The notes beneath the pieces were generated by a model. That model was not told where the DNA came from and did no database searches. It saw only the letters and a list, made by a program, of their open reading frames with translations. Below are positions 48,955 to 58,091 of a stretch of 64,000 nucleotides of DNA, one piece after another (the first letter of the stretch is position 1; each line of letters starts with the position of its first letter). Both the position numbers and the translations under genes were made by a program. Location of the stretch: assembly GCA_965248925.1 (NCBI GenBank), contig CBDFLE010000005.1, positions 2,080,001 to 2,144,000 of the forward strand, in the 5' to 3' direction. The stretch comes from Candidatus Multivoradales bacterium (GTDB taxonomy: Bacteria; Acidobacteriota; Thermoanaerobaculia; Multivoradales; J023).

Positions 48955-48971
48955 ATGCAAAGAGCTTGCCA
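48955..48971 (-). promoter_or_regulatory. Sigma54 (-24/-12) promoter for the 47650-48633 gene
   Basis: Minus strand TGGCAAG-CTCT-TTGCAT matches TGGCACG-N4-TTGCW; adjacent to a sigma54 activator gene. Confidence 0.75.
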
Positions 48972-49154
48972 CTCGAAGAAAAACCGTTGCGAGCGGGCTC
49001 TGCATAGAAATTGAGACAGCGACACAAACGAACGGTGCGCGTTTGCGACCCAACGGGTGCGAGGATCCGCTCACCCAGCACGCGGAACCGCGCGGATTGA
49101 GCACGCCCCCAGGAGGGGTCACTCGTAGCGCAACTCGGCTCTTGCCACAGCCTC

Positions 49155-50590
49155 TTAGAGAGGATGCCGCGCCAGGCGGCGGCGCAGGGCATCGCGGGAG
49201 ATTCCAAGCAAGGCAGCCGCTCGGGTCTTGTTACCACCTGTGCGCTGCATGGCTTCTTCGATGAAGAGTTTTCGATGTTTCTGAGATCTAGCTGGGTGAG
49301 GCGGCTCAGGTCAATTTCTTGAGGGTTGAACTCACCGGGCGGAGTGCTTGGCTCCGCATCTACGGCTAGCATTGACGGCGGCTCGAACGCACGGTTCGAG
49401 TCTAAGGCTTCCTCGACCAACTCTGCGCTGATCGCCTGCCCGTCGAGACAGAGATGCACCAGACGGCGGACTCCGTGCTCGAGTTCGCGGACGTTGCCCG
49501 GCCAAGGTCGGGCGGCCAGTCGTTCGAGAGCCCGGACAGTGATTCCCCGAACTGAGCGACCCGACTTTCGATTTGCCTTGACCAGGAAACTCTCGACGAG
49601 AAGCGGAATGTCCTGCCGCCGCCGGCGCAACGGCGGAATCTCCACTACTAGACCCGCCAGGCGATAGTAGAGGTCCTGGCGAAAGGCCTTTTCTCGCACC
49701 AGTCGATCGAGCTCGATGTTGGTCGAGGCAACAATCCGCACGTCCAACGACAGCGGCAGGCGCGCTCCCACCGGATCGACTTCTCTTTCCTGCAACACTC
49801 TCAGGATCTTTGCCTGGAGTGCGGTCGACATTTCGGCGATCTCGTCGAGAAAAAGAGTGCCTCCCTGCGCCTGGCGAAACTTGCCTGGCCTGGCGGCCAC
49901 CCCCGTCGCCACCCGCTCGCCGACCCCGAAGAGTTCCGACTCCAGAAGCTCAGCAGGAATCGCCGCGCAGTTGAATCCCACAAAGGGGCTGGAACGGCGG
50001 CCAGCCGAGGCATGAAGGATCCGCGCCAGGTACTCTTTGCCCACCCCGGTTTCGCCAACCAACAACACCGGCAGATCGCTGGCCGCCACTGCAAGAAGCT
50101 GCCGATAGAGGGCGATCATCGCCGCTGAACGCCCGACGACATAACCTTCTGGAAAAGCCAGGGGCGGGATCGGAGCTGGCGTCCCTGCTTTGGCCAGAGG
50201 AGTTTCCTGCGCCTCTTGAAAACGGTCGGCGGGTTGCGGGACGGCCAGGGTAACCGCTAGCGCACCGTCCTTCGAAGCGGCCTCTGTCAGCTGCAAACAC
50301 ACGGGTCCGAAGCGGATTTCGTCGTCGCTGTAGAGCTTCGTCTCGCCCACCGATATACCGTTGACGAAAGTCCCGTTCTTGCTCGCCAGATCCTCGACCC
50401 GGAGCCCGTCCTGATCCAAGAAGATCAGCGCATGACACATCGAAACACCGGCGATCGGCAGCAGAACTTCCGAACTCGCTGCGCGGCCGACCCGATTGGC
50501 ACCAGGCCGGAGCCCAAAGCGACACCTGCGGCCTTCGATCAAGCCACAGAGCGCTAGCTCCGGCGACAGACTTTTGTCCACACTCATCAT
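49155..50590 (-). pseudogene. FHA domain + sigma54-dependent AAA+ activator + Fis HTH, frameshifted before the HTH
   Basis: FHA 'GR......VS..HA......DLASKNGTFVNG'; 'GETGVGKE', 'LLESELFG', 'LFLDEI', 'FRQDLYYRL', 'WPGNVREL'. Adding one A at the A4 run (49269-49272) gives '[34 protein letters not shown]' ending at 49155. Confidence 0.88.
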
Positions 50591-50748
50591 TAGCGCCTCC
50601 TCCTACCCTCGCCTACTAGTACTGCTGCCGTTGTGCTCGAAGATTCACCGCGCTTAGGGTCCCCGCCACCCACCGAGTGTCTCGGTCCGCTGCTCTGCGG
50701 CATATCGAGGCAGTTGCTACAGAAGCTTCAGCGCACCGACGCCGAGTG

Positions 50749-50853
50749 AACGACACCGAGTACCAGAGCGGTCTGACCTGCGCCCAGAACGTGGGGGCTG
50801 ATCTTGGCTTCCCGCCTGCTGTCGACGTCTGTGTCGCTAGCCAACCTTAGTCC
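50749..50853 (+). repeat. Relic copy of the 3' end of the 54806-57511 gene (57410-57514)
   Basis: Near-identical: CCAGAGCGGTCTGA.CTGCGCCCAGAACGTGGGGGCTGA...GTCGCTAGCCAACCTTAGTCC. Confidence 0.92.
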
Positions 50854-50995
50854 TTTATTCGGCACGGTGCCCCCTGAACAATCCCAAGGGCCAGACGACT
50901 ACCTATGAGTCCAGGTGAAGGGGCGCAAGGCTTGCGCCCGTCCTTGGACCCGAAGTGTGTGGTATTCCTAGCTAACTACGCTACTTTTGGATGCC

Positions 50996-51217
50996 TCTGC
51001 GGAACGCATCCAGCGCGAGTCTCGCCAGCGAACTCCTGTGGTGCCAAGAAAGCGAGTGAACGCGGGCTTCCAGGCGATCAAGCACAGCCGCCCAGCGACC
51101 GCCGAGAGATCGTACCTGGCCGCCTCTCTCACCTCGCGCGACGACGCCGAGCAGACTTTCCGGGAAGTGTTCCTCGACCGCCGACGAGCGGTCCCCAGCC
51201 AGCCAGAAACGGCCGCC
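50996..51217 (-). pseudogene. Relic copy of the 3' part of the S24/S26 peptidase gene (57616-57837)
   Basis: 222-bp colinear match; encodes 'WLAGDRSSAVEEHFPESLLGVVAR.ERGGQVRSLGG' but lacks the catalytic Ser region. Confidence 0.9.
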
Positions 51218-51343
51218 TGGCCAAAGCTCGGAGCTTCCTCGAGAAAGCCTCAAGTGGCTCAGGTCCGCCCGCAATCTAGTCGTGTTCGGCGGCGCTGGCC
51301 GCGCCTACCGCGGCGTCGAGAAGTACTTGCGCGCGGCCAAGCT

Positions 51344-54300
51344 CTATTGAGTGGCGCCCTCTTCCGTCAGGCGAATCGCCGTCACCGTGACAATATCGAA
51401 GAGATTGACCGGCAGACGCCAATCGGCCCCCGGCCAGCCGCGGAGGTGAAAGCCGCCCAACAAAGTCTTACCCAGTCGTTCAACCAGATAGCCGAGGGTG
51501 TAGAAAGAAGCCCGCGCGCGCATACTCTCGACCTGCAAACCATGCTCTTCGAGCAGCACTCTCAAGCTCTTGCGAGAATAGAAAAAGAGGTGCTCCGGCA
51601 GGGTGTAGAGATGCCAACGCCGGCCCGAGATCCGTGCCAATAGGCTACCCACATCGCCGGTGGTCAGCACCAAGCGACCGCCAAGCCGCAAGACTCGAGC
51701 CGCCTCTGAGATTGCTCCTTGAGGATCGGGAAGATGCTCGATCACATCCCACAGGGTCACCACGTCGAAAGTGGCACTGGCGTAGGAGAGCTGCACGGCG
51801 CTGCTAACCACTACCTTCCCTCCCACCCGTCGCGAGGCCTCTGCCGTGGCGGCGATCGACAAGTCGACGCCGCGCGCCCGCCAGCCCAGCTCAGCCGCCT
51901 CCTGCACGGCGTAGCCATAGGCTGCACCCACATCGAGCAAGTCTGCGCCGGGTCGCGGCAGCGGCAAACGGGCTAGCCGCTGCCTGAAGGTCGAGCGAAA
52001 GGCCTCTGCCAACTTTCCGTAGTCGTCGTAACCACTGGCCGCCTTGGCGCTAGAAAAGTACGAACCATCATAAACCGCCGCCGGATCAAAATCGTCGTCT
52101 GGCTGCCAGCTGCCTAAGCCGCACTTCGGGCAGGCAAGAATGTCCACCTTCTTTTTGCGCAGGGCGACTTCCAAGGGATGGTGAGCGCACACCGCACAGG
52201 CGGCGTCAGCTACGGAGCGACGTCGGCCCCCGAGCCAAAATATGAAAATGCAGATCAACAGGCCAACAGACGACGACACCAGTCCAAGAACAACGCTCTG
52301 GGGCCGATATTCGAAACGCACTCGATGGGTCCCCGGTGACAGCTCGACGGCGCGGAAAAGACCGTTGGCGGTCAGGATCTCGGCGCGGCGGCCGTCTACC
52401 GACGCACGCCAGCCAGGAAAGTAGCTATCAGTCAGCACCAGCAAACCGCCGCCCACCGGTGCTGCGGCCTCGATCTCGACCTGTTCCGGCGAATACTCCA
52501 CGATCCGCGCCGGCTGATGGCGCCGCTGGCGCGACCGCATCTCCGGCGGCCGATCCACCAAGACCACCCGCCACGGATCGAATTGATTCCTGGCAACCCG
52601 CGACAGAGCCTCTTCCCGAGTCGCGACTTCGAATTGAGTCGCGACATAAGTTCGGGGTAGAGCGTCTTCATTAGTATAAGTCTGCAAGCTGGCGCGCGGA
52701 TGCGGCCTCGGCTTGGGACCCGGCCCGGTTCGGTCTCCCCTGATGGCCTCGGCTGGCACAACCCGAACACGGAGACCAACGCTGAAGACATCGAGCAACG
52801 TCCGGCCCTGCTTGATCGGCAGAGAGGTGAGCGGAAACCGCGGCTCAGTTCCGCTGATCAGCTGATGCACGCGGGAAATTCTGGCAGGAGCCAGGGGTTC
52901 GAGACAAGAGAGAAACTGGATCTGATCGTGAGGCACCCGGCCCATCTTCGGCATCAGTCCGGCCAAGGCCAGGCGCTGGCCGTCCAAGCTCTCCGCCAAT
53001 TGATCCATTTGCTGATCGTCGAGAAAAACATACTCACGGCTGTAAGACTGAAGCCAACCGACGGCAAGCTGCCGCAGCGAGCCGCCGGCCGGCCTGGTGG
53101 CTTGCGCCAGGTCAGCCACCAAGAAGGCCAGCAAGACGAAGGCACAGACCGTCGCCAGCTGCCGGCGGCGACGCCCCCAAACCGCCACGACGGCAGCGAT
53201 GGCAACCGCCACCAGCCAGCGCTCGAAGGCGCCCGGCTCGCCCAGCCTGACCATCGCCACGGAGATTAACAAGATTCCGACTAGCGCTGCCCAGCGCCCC
53301 CAACGCCAGCGCGCTGCGGCGAACCCGCGCGCGACTTGATCTAACCCGGCGGCCGCCAGAACAAGAGCCGCGAAGAAACTCAGCAGGCGCAAGCGCTCCG
53401 GATCGCGAAACATACCTGCTGCCGGCAGCCAACCGAAGAGCCTTGCTGCCGGACCATGATGACCTTCAGACAACAGCAAAGCCGCCGCCCCAAGGCATAA
53501 AAAGAACCACAGGCGTGCTCGGCGTGCTCCCCCCGCTAGACCTAAGATGATCAACAGCAAGGTCGCGGTACCGATGTAACCCGCTCTATTAAGGTACGAA
53601 AAAAACGGCACTCTGGGCCGCGGGTCTAGCGCATTGCGCAGCAGCCGCGCGCTGCTGAGGGGATTCCCTAGGTAATGCACCTGAGCGGAGTCGAGTTCGC
53701 TCTGGCGGGTGCTCTGACGCACCAACTCGAGAGTCGGAATCACCTGCGCACCGGCCAGCAAGCCGGCAATTCCAGCCGCCGCCGCCAAACGGCCAATGCT
53801 CGGCCAGCACGCTCGCCAACCAGCACCCTCTCGTGCCTTGGCAACCAACCGCAGCAAGGCATAGGGCACCAACAAATAGACCGTGTAAAGCACAAATTGA
53901 GGGAACCCCGCCAACACCTGCAGCGCGGCCACGATCGCTAACCCCATCACCGTGCGCCAGCTACTATTTTCAACCACCCGGTCGACGCCCAACACCAACA
54001 ACGGCAACCAGACCAGCGCTGAAAGGGATGAAGGCCACAAGCTCCGGCCGAGGGCGAAAGCAAAAACAAAGAGAATGCCACCCGCCGCCGCCGCTACCGA
54101 ACGGTAGCCCCAGGAACGTAGCAGCCAAGCGGTAAAAAGACCCGCTAGAAGAGTCTCAAGCAATACACGCAAGGCGATCGCCTCACCTGTCGGCAGTACC
54201 AAAGTGAGCCAAGTAAAGGGGTAGAAGACCCCGACTTGCAGCGTCGCCAGCAAGGGCAAGCCGCCGCAGTGATAGGGATTCCACAGCGGTAGCTCACCAG

Positions 54301-54436
54301 CTCGAAGGCGGCTCGCCGCAAGGTCGGTTACCGGCAAGTAGTAGTTCAGCAGGTCGAAAGGAAAAATGCTGCCGGTGGCGCCTGGCGGAGCATTGAATCG
54401 CCACCAGAGGAAGGTCGTCGCCGCCACCACCACCAT
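51344..54436 (-). CDS. YfhO-family polytopic membrane protein (GT-C-like) fused to a class I SAM methyltransferase
   Basis: 'D...YY.P......LR.GELPLWNPY..GG.PLLA..Q.G.FYP'; 'LVLTDSYFPGWRASVDG......AN..FRAV.L..G.H.V.F.Y.P'; C-terminal CxxC/CxxC, 'LLDVGAAYG', 'FDVVTLWDVIEH', 'PEHLFFYS'. The start may lie further upstream. Confidence 0.88.
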   Translation of the reverse strand: MVVVAATTFLWWRFNAPPGATGSIFPFDLLNYYLPVTDLAASRLRAGELPLWNPYHCGGLPLLATLQVGVFYPFTWLTLVLPTGEAIALRVLLETLLAGLFTAWLLRSWGYRSVAAAAGGILFVFAFALGRSLWPSSLSALVWLPLLVLGVDRVVENSSWRTVMGLAIVAALQVLAGFPQFVLYTVYLLVPYALLRLVAKAREGAGWRACWPSIGRLAAAAGIAGLLAGAQVIPTLELVRQSTRQSELDSAQVHYLGNPLSSARLLRNALDPRPRVPFFSYLNRAGYIGTATLLLIILGLAGGARRARLWFFLCLGAAALLLSEGHHGPAARLFGWLPAAGMFRDPERLRLLSFFAALVLAAAGLDQVARGFAAARWRWGRWAALVGILLISVAMVRLGEPGAFERWLVAVAIAAVVAVWGRRRRQLATVCAFVLLAFLVADLAQATRPAGGSLRQLAVGWLQSYSREYVFLDDQQMDQLAESLDGQRLALAGLMPKMGRVPHDQIQFLSCLEPLAPARISRVHQLISGTEPRFPLTSLPIKQGRTLLDVFSVGLRVRVVPAEAIRGDRTGPGPKPRPHPRASLQTYTNEDALPRTYVATQFEVATREEALSRVARNQFDPWRVVLVDRPPEMRSRQRRHQPARIVEYSPEQVEIEAAAPVGGGLLVLTDSYFPGWRASVDGRRAEILTANGLFRAVELSPGTHRVRFEYRPQSVVLGLVSSSVGLLICIFIFWLGGRRRSVADAACAVCAHHPLEVALRKKKVDILACPKCGLGSWQPDDDFDPAAVYDGSYFSSAKAASGYDDYGKLAEAFRSTFRQRLARLPLPRPGADLLDVGAAYGYAVQEAAELGWRARGVDLSIAATAEASRRVGGKVVVSSAVQLSYASATFDVVTLWDVIEHLPDPQGAISEAARVLRLGGRLVLTTGDVGSLLARISGRRWHLYTLPEHLFFYSRKSLRVLLEEHGLQVESMRARASFYTLGYLVERLGKTLLGGFHLRGWPGADWRLPVNLFDIVTVTAIRLTEEGATQ

Positions 54437-54606
54437 CGCTGTCAGCAGCCAGCCACCCCTCGTTTCTAGCCCTACGGCTCGCCCATCTTTGGTGGTTGGA
54501 ATTGGTCGTCTCCTTGCAGCAGCCGCGAACCTCGATCGGGCCCAATAGCGCGCGAACTCTCGCGGCGGCTGACCATATCATCGCCGCCAGATGAACATCC
54601 TGAACC

Positions 54607-54634
54607 TGCGGGGTGCGGGGTGCGGGGTGCGGGG
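54607..54634 (+). repeat. 7-bp tandem repeat (TGCGGGG)x4, a potential G-quadruplex
   Basis: TGCGGGG TGCGGGG TGCGGGG TGCGGGG in the intergenic region. Confidence 0.9.
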
Positions 54635-54805
54635 TTTGATAGCAGCTGATGACCCAACCATGGAACCCTGTCTGGCGCCGCCGGCCAAACGAGACGGGGG
54701 CGCATGCACGGAATCAATCATCTTGAGGGTTATGCTACGATAGCTTGAACTCAGCTCGGCGATCTAGCCGCTACCGCAACAGAAGTACATCCAAGGAGTT
54801 AACTC

Positions 54806-57511
54806 ATGCGGCACCTTTGTGTAATCACAGCCTCGATCTTGGTATTTTTCCTCGGCCCTGGCGCCCGCGCTCAGGATTGGCAAGAACTAGGCCCTGCACC
54901 GGCCACCAACACTACCGACAATGGCGGAGAAACCAGCAAGGTCTCGGCCCTGGTGGTCAGCCCCAGCGATTCTGATCGCTACTTCGTCGGCGGCGCCGCC
55001 GGGGGGGTTTGGCGAACCACCGATGGTGGCCAGTCCTGGAGTCCGCTGACCGACCGCTTGCCGAGTTCGGCGATTGGCGCCTTGGCCCTCGATCCTAGCA
55101 ACGAGAACATCATCTACGCTGGCTCGGGAGAGTCCAACAACCGACCCAACAGCCTCTACGGCTTAGGACTCTACAAGAGCGTCAACGGCGGCAACAGCTG
55201 GGAGGTGTTGGCGACGCAGACCTTCGCTGGCCGCACTTTCTCTCGCTTGGCGGTGTCGTCCCAGAACGGCAATCTGGTGTGGGCCGCGGTGGCACCGGCT
55301 GGCATCGACCTGCAGAGAACTGGCAGGGAGGCCATGGAGGGGGCGCGGCAGCACCCGCGACGCAACGGCAGGGTGGGTATCTTCCGTTCACGGGACGCTG
55401 GCCAGACCTGGACCGCGGTGGCTAGCGGCCTGCCACCGATCGCGGCCAGTGACGTGGTCTTGGATCCGCAGCGGAGCTCGCGCGTCTACGTTGCCTTCGG
55501 CGATGCTTATGGCGACTCGAGAAACGGCGTCTACCGTAGCACCGACGGGGGCTCGAGCTTTACTCGCGTACTGGCCCCGGAACCGGACGCCGACGGCCGT
55601 ATCTTCCTCGCCATGGCGCCATCAGACCATAACCGCCTCTACGCACTCATCGCGAGATTCGGCCAGCCCGTGCCGGGCTCTGCCAGCACCCGCGGCTTCT
55701 ACCGCTCGGACGATGGTGGCGATTCCTGGACCCAGCTCAGTCCCACTGTTGAAATACATGAAGGGCTGGGGGCCAACGTTGGTGCCATCATCGTCCATCC
55801 CACCGACCCGGACCTGCTGTTCGTGGCCGGCAATTCTCTCTTTCGGTCGCGGAATGGTGGACTTGATTTGACTAAGCTCCTGTTACCCATAGCCAACGTG
55901 CGTCGAGGCGTACACGCCCTCGCCATCGATCCGGCCGGCAATGTGTTGGTGGCCACCAACGGTGGTGTTTTTCGCTCCTCGGACCAGGGAGATAGCTGGC
56001 AGGCACGTAACAACCGGCTCGGCCTAACCCGCTTCAATGCCGGTCTTTCTGTGCATGCTTCGGATCCCAACTTGATTGTTGGTGGAACCGGGGCGGGCTC
56101 GGTGGTCTACACCGGCAATGGCCTTGAATGGCGCCGTATTATTCGCAACATCGGCGGCTATACAACTATCCATCCGAACGACCCAGGAACCATCCTGGCG
56201 CAAACTCCGGTCACCGGCAGCATCTTTCGCTTTTTCAACGGCAGGAGCCCGAGGTTTTCCGGTGAAGGCATCACAATCGCTGAGCACGCCTCCTTTCTAA
56301 GTCCCATGCTCTTGGACCCGCAAGATCCGAATCGGATTCTCTACGCCAGCCATCTGATCTACGAAACTAACGACCACGGCAATACCTGGCAGGCGATCAG
56401 TGAAGATCTCACCGGCGGCTCTCCGGCTGGTATCAGGGCCTTGGCGATAGCCCCTTCGAACTCCAACACGGTATACGCCACCACCACCGATGGCCGCCTC
56501 TTGACCAGCACCGATGGCGGTCACACCTTTCCGCCGCGCTTGGACGCGGAAGTCGGCTGGGCACTGGCGACGCGCCAGATTGCGGTAGATCCCTTGAACG
56601 ACAGGCGCGCCTACGTGGCCATTGGCCGCTTCGGTGGCGCCAGCATCCTGGCCACCACCGACCGCGGCCTGACTTGGGGAGACATCGGTCAGGGCCTGCC
56701 CAACCGACCGGTCAATGCCCTGGCGGTCCACCGTCGTGGCAGCGCGCGCTTCATCTTCGCCGGCACCGACAGCGGCGTTTGGTTGAGTTCGGACAATGGC
56801 GCCAGCTGGAGCGAATACGGCCAGCTTCCTAGATCCCCGGTGCAGGATTTGGTGGTCGATACCTTCCATGACCGCCTGCTCGCCACCACCCTTGGCCGAG
56901 GTGCCTGGAGCACCAGTCTGCCAACCGGCTCGGGAGGCGGACCCGGCCCCGGCGGTTGTCAGGAACCCTTGGGCTCGGGACGTTTTTGCTCCGCCTGTGG
57001 GCCCTGCAGCCAAGGCGAAGGCGATTGCGACAACGACGCCGAGTGTCAAACTGGTCTCAGCTGCGCCCAGAATGTCGGCGCCGACTTCGGCTTCCCACCG
57101 GCGGTAGACGTCTGTGTCGATGGCGGTGGCGGTGGCGGTGGACCCTCGACCTGCCCAGTCCCCCAGGGCAACGGTCGCTTCTGCACCGTGTGCGGGCCTT
57201 GTGGCCCGGGCGAGGGCGACTGCGACAACAACGCCGAGTGCCAGAGCGGCTTAACCTGCGCTCAGAATGTCGGCGCCGACTTCGGCTTCCCACCGGCGGT
57301 AGACGTCTGCATCGGCGACGGCGGACCCGCGGTCTGCCCGCTGCCGGCTGGCAATGGCCGCTTCTGCACCGAGTGCGGCCCTTGCGGCCAGGGTCAAGGG
57401 GATTGCGACAACGACGCCGAGTGCCAGAGCGGTCTGATCTGCGCCCAGAACGTGGGGGCTGACTTTGGCTTCCCGCCCGCGGTCGACGTCTGCGTCGCTA
57501 GCCAACCTTAG
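54806..57511 (+). CDS. Secreted BNR/Asp-box (sortilin/GH74-like) beta-propeller protein with three C-terminal Cys-rich repeats
   Basis: AAGGAG RBS; signal peptide; many S/TxDxGxxW Asp boxes; 'ATTLGRGAW'; 3x 'GRFC..CGPC..G.GDCDN.AECQ.GL.CAQNVGADFGFPPAVDVC'. Confidence 0.88.
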   Translation: MRHLCVITASILVFFLGPGARAQDWQELGPAPATNTTDNGGETSKVSALVVSPSDSDRYFVGGAAGGVWRTTDGGQSWSPLTDRLPSSAIGALALDPSNENIIYAGSGESNNRPNSLYGLGLYKSVNGGNSWEVLATQTFAGRTFSRLAVSSQNGNLVWAAVAPAGIDLQRTGREAMEGARQHPRRNGRVGIFRSRDAGQTWTAVASGLPPIAASDVVLDPQRSSRVYVAFGDAYGDSRNGVYRSTDGGSSFTRVLAPEPDADGRIFLAMAPSDHNRLYALIARFGQPVPGSASTRGFYRSDDGGDSWTQLSPTVEIHEGLGANVGAIIVHPTDPDLLFVAGNSLFRSRNGGLDLTKLLLPIANVRRGVHALAIDPAGNVLVATNGGVFRSSDQGDSWQARNNRLGLTRFNAGLSVHASDPNLIVGGTGAGSVVYTGNGLEWRRIIRNIGGYTTIHPNDPGTILAQTPVTGSIFRFFNGRSPRFSGEGITIAEHASFLSPMLLDPQDPNRILYASHLIYETNDHGNTWQAISEDLTGGSPAGIRALAIAPSNSNTVYATTTDGRLLTSTDGGHTFPPRLDAEVGWALATRQIAVDPLNDRRAYVAIGRFGGASILATTDRGLTWGDIGQGLPNRPVNALAVHRRGSARFIFAGTDSGVWLSSDNGASWSEYGQLPRSPVQDLVVDTFHDRLLATTLGRGAWSTSLPTGSGGGPGPGGCQEPLGSGRFCSACGPCSQGEGDCDNDAECQTGLSCAQNVGADFGFPPAVDVCVDGGGGGGGPSTCPVPQGNGRFCTVCGPCGPGEGDCDNNAECQSGLTCAQNVGADFGFPPAVDVCIGDGGPAVCPLPAGNGRFCTECGPCGQGQGDCDNDAECQSGLICAQNVGADFGFPPAVDVCVASQP
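56956..57500 (+). repeat. Three intragenic about 160-185-bp repeats encoding the Cys-rich module
   Basis: TGCGACAAC.ACGCCGAGTG ... CAGAA.GT.GG.GC.GACTT.GGCTTCCC.CC.GCGGT.GACGTCTG repeated three times. Confidence 0.92.
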
Positions 57512-57570
57512 TCCCTTTGGATCGCGCTCAGCCTAACCACTGAGCGCGGTCGCTCGAGCTAGCTTGGGAA

Positions 57571-58077
57571 TCAGGAAGGGGCGACCCAGGCGAGACTGCG
57601 CAACTCAAGAATTGTTCTGCGGAACGCATCCAGCACAAGTCTCGCCAGCGATCTCCCGTGGCGCCAAGTAAGCAAGTGAAGGCGGGCTTCCAGGTGATCG
57701 AGCACAGCCGCCCAGCAACCGCCGAGAGATCGTACTTGGCCGCCTCTCTCAACCCGCGCGACGACGCCGAGCAGGCTTTCCGGGAAGTGTTCCTCGACCG
57801 TCGACGAGCGGTCTCCAGCCAGCCAGACACGGCCGCCAGCTTGCCTCAAGATCCGGTGACATACCAGATCGCCAGTAGCGGTTCTAGCCAGCACGATGCT
57901 GCCGCGCCGAGCCGCGGCGGGCGGCAAGATCTCGACCCAATCGCCACCTCGAATCAGCGGTTCCATCGAACGACCGCGAACTCGCAGTCGGCCCGGCTGG
58001 TTGGCCCTGAGGGCGCGGGCCAAGAGCCGCTGGGCAAGCGCTGCCATGCTCGGGTCGGTCACGGTCAGGTCGATCAC
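57571..58077 (-). CDS. S24/S26-family (signal peptidase I-like) peptidase
   Basis: 'LRVRGRSMEPLIRGGDWV', 'G.IVL', 'LVCHRI', 'AGDRS' (Ser/His type); start uncertain (GTG 58077 or ATG 58047). Confidence 0.82.
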   Translation of the reverse strand: MIDLTVTDPSMAALAQRLLARALRANQPGRLRVRGRSMEPLIRGGDWVEILPPAAARRGSIVLARTATGDLVCHRILRQAGGRVWLAGDRSSTVEEHFPESLLGVVARVERGGQVRSLGGCWAAVLDHLEARLHLLTWRHGRSLARLVLDAFRRTILELRSLAWVAPS

Positions 58078-58091
58078 GGTCAGGCTTGGTC

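Noticed and set aside
48875-49154. C-terminal extension of the sigma54 activator given in the ORF track
   Set aside because: Product of the frameshift; this region contains the sigma54 promoter and is intergenic
50987-51643. 218-aa plus-strand ORF
   Set aside because: Antisense to the S26 relic and to the end of the YfhO-MTase gene
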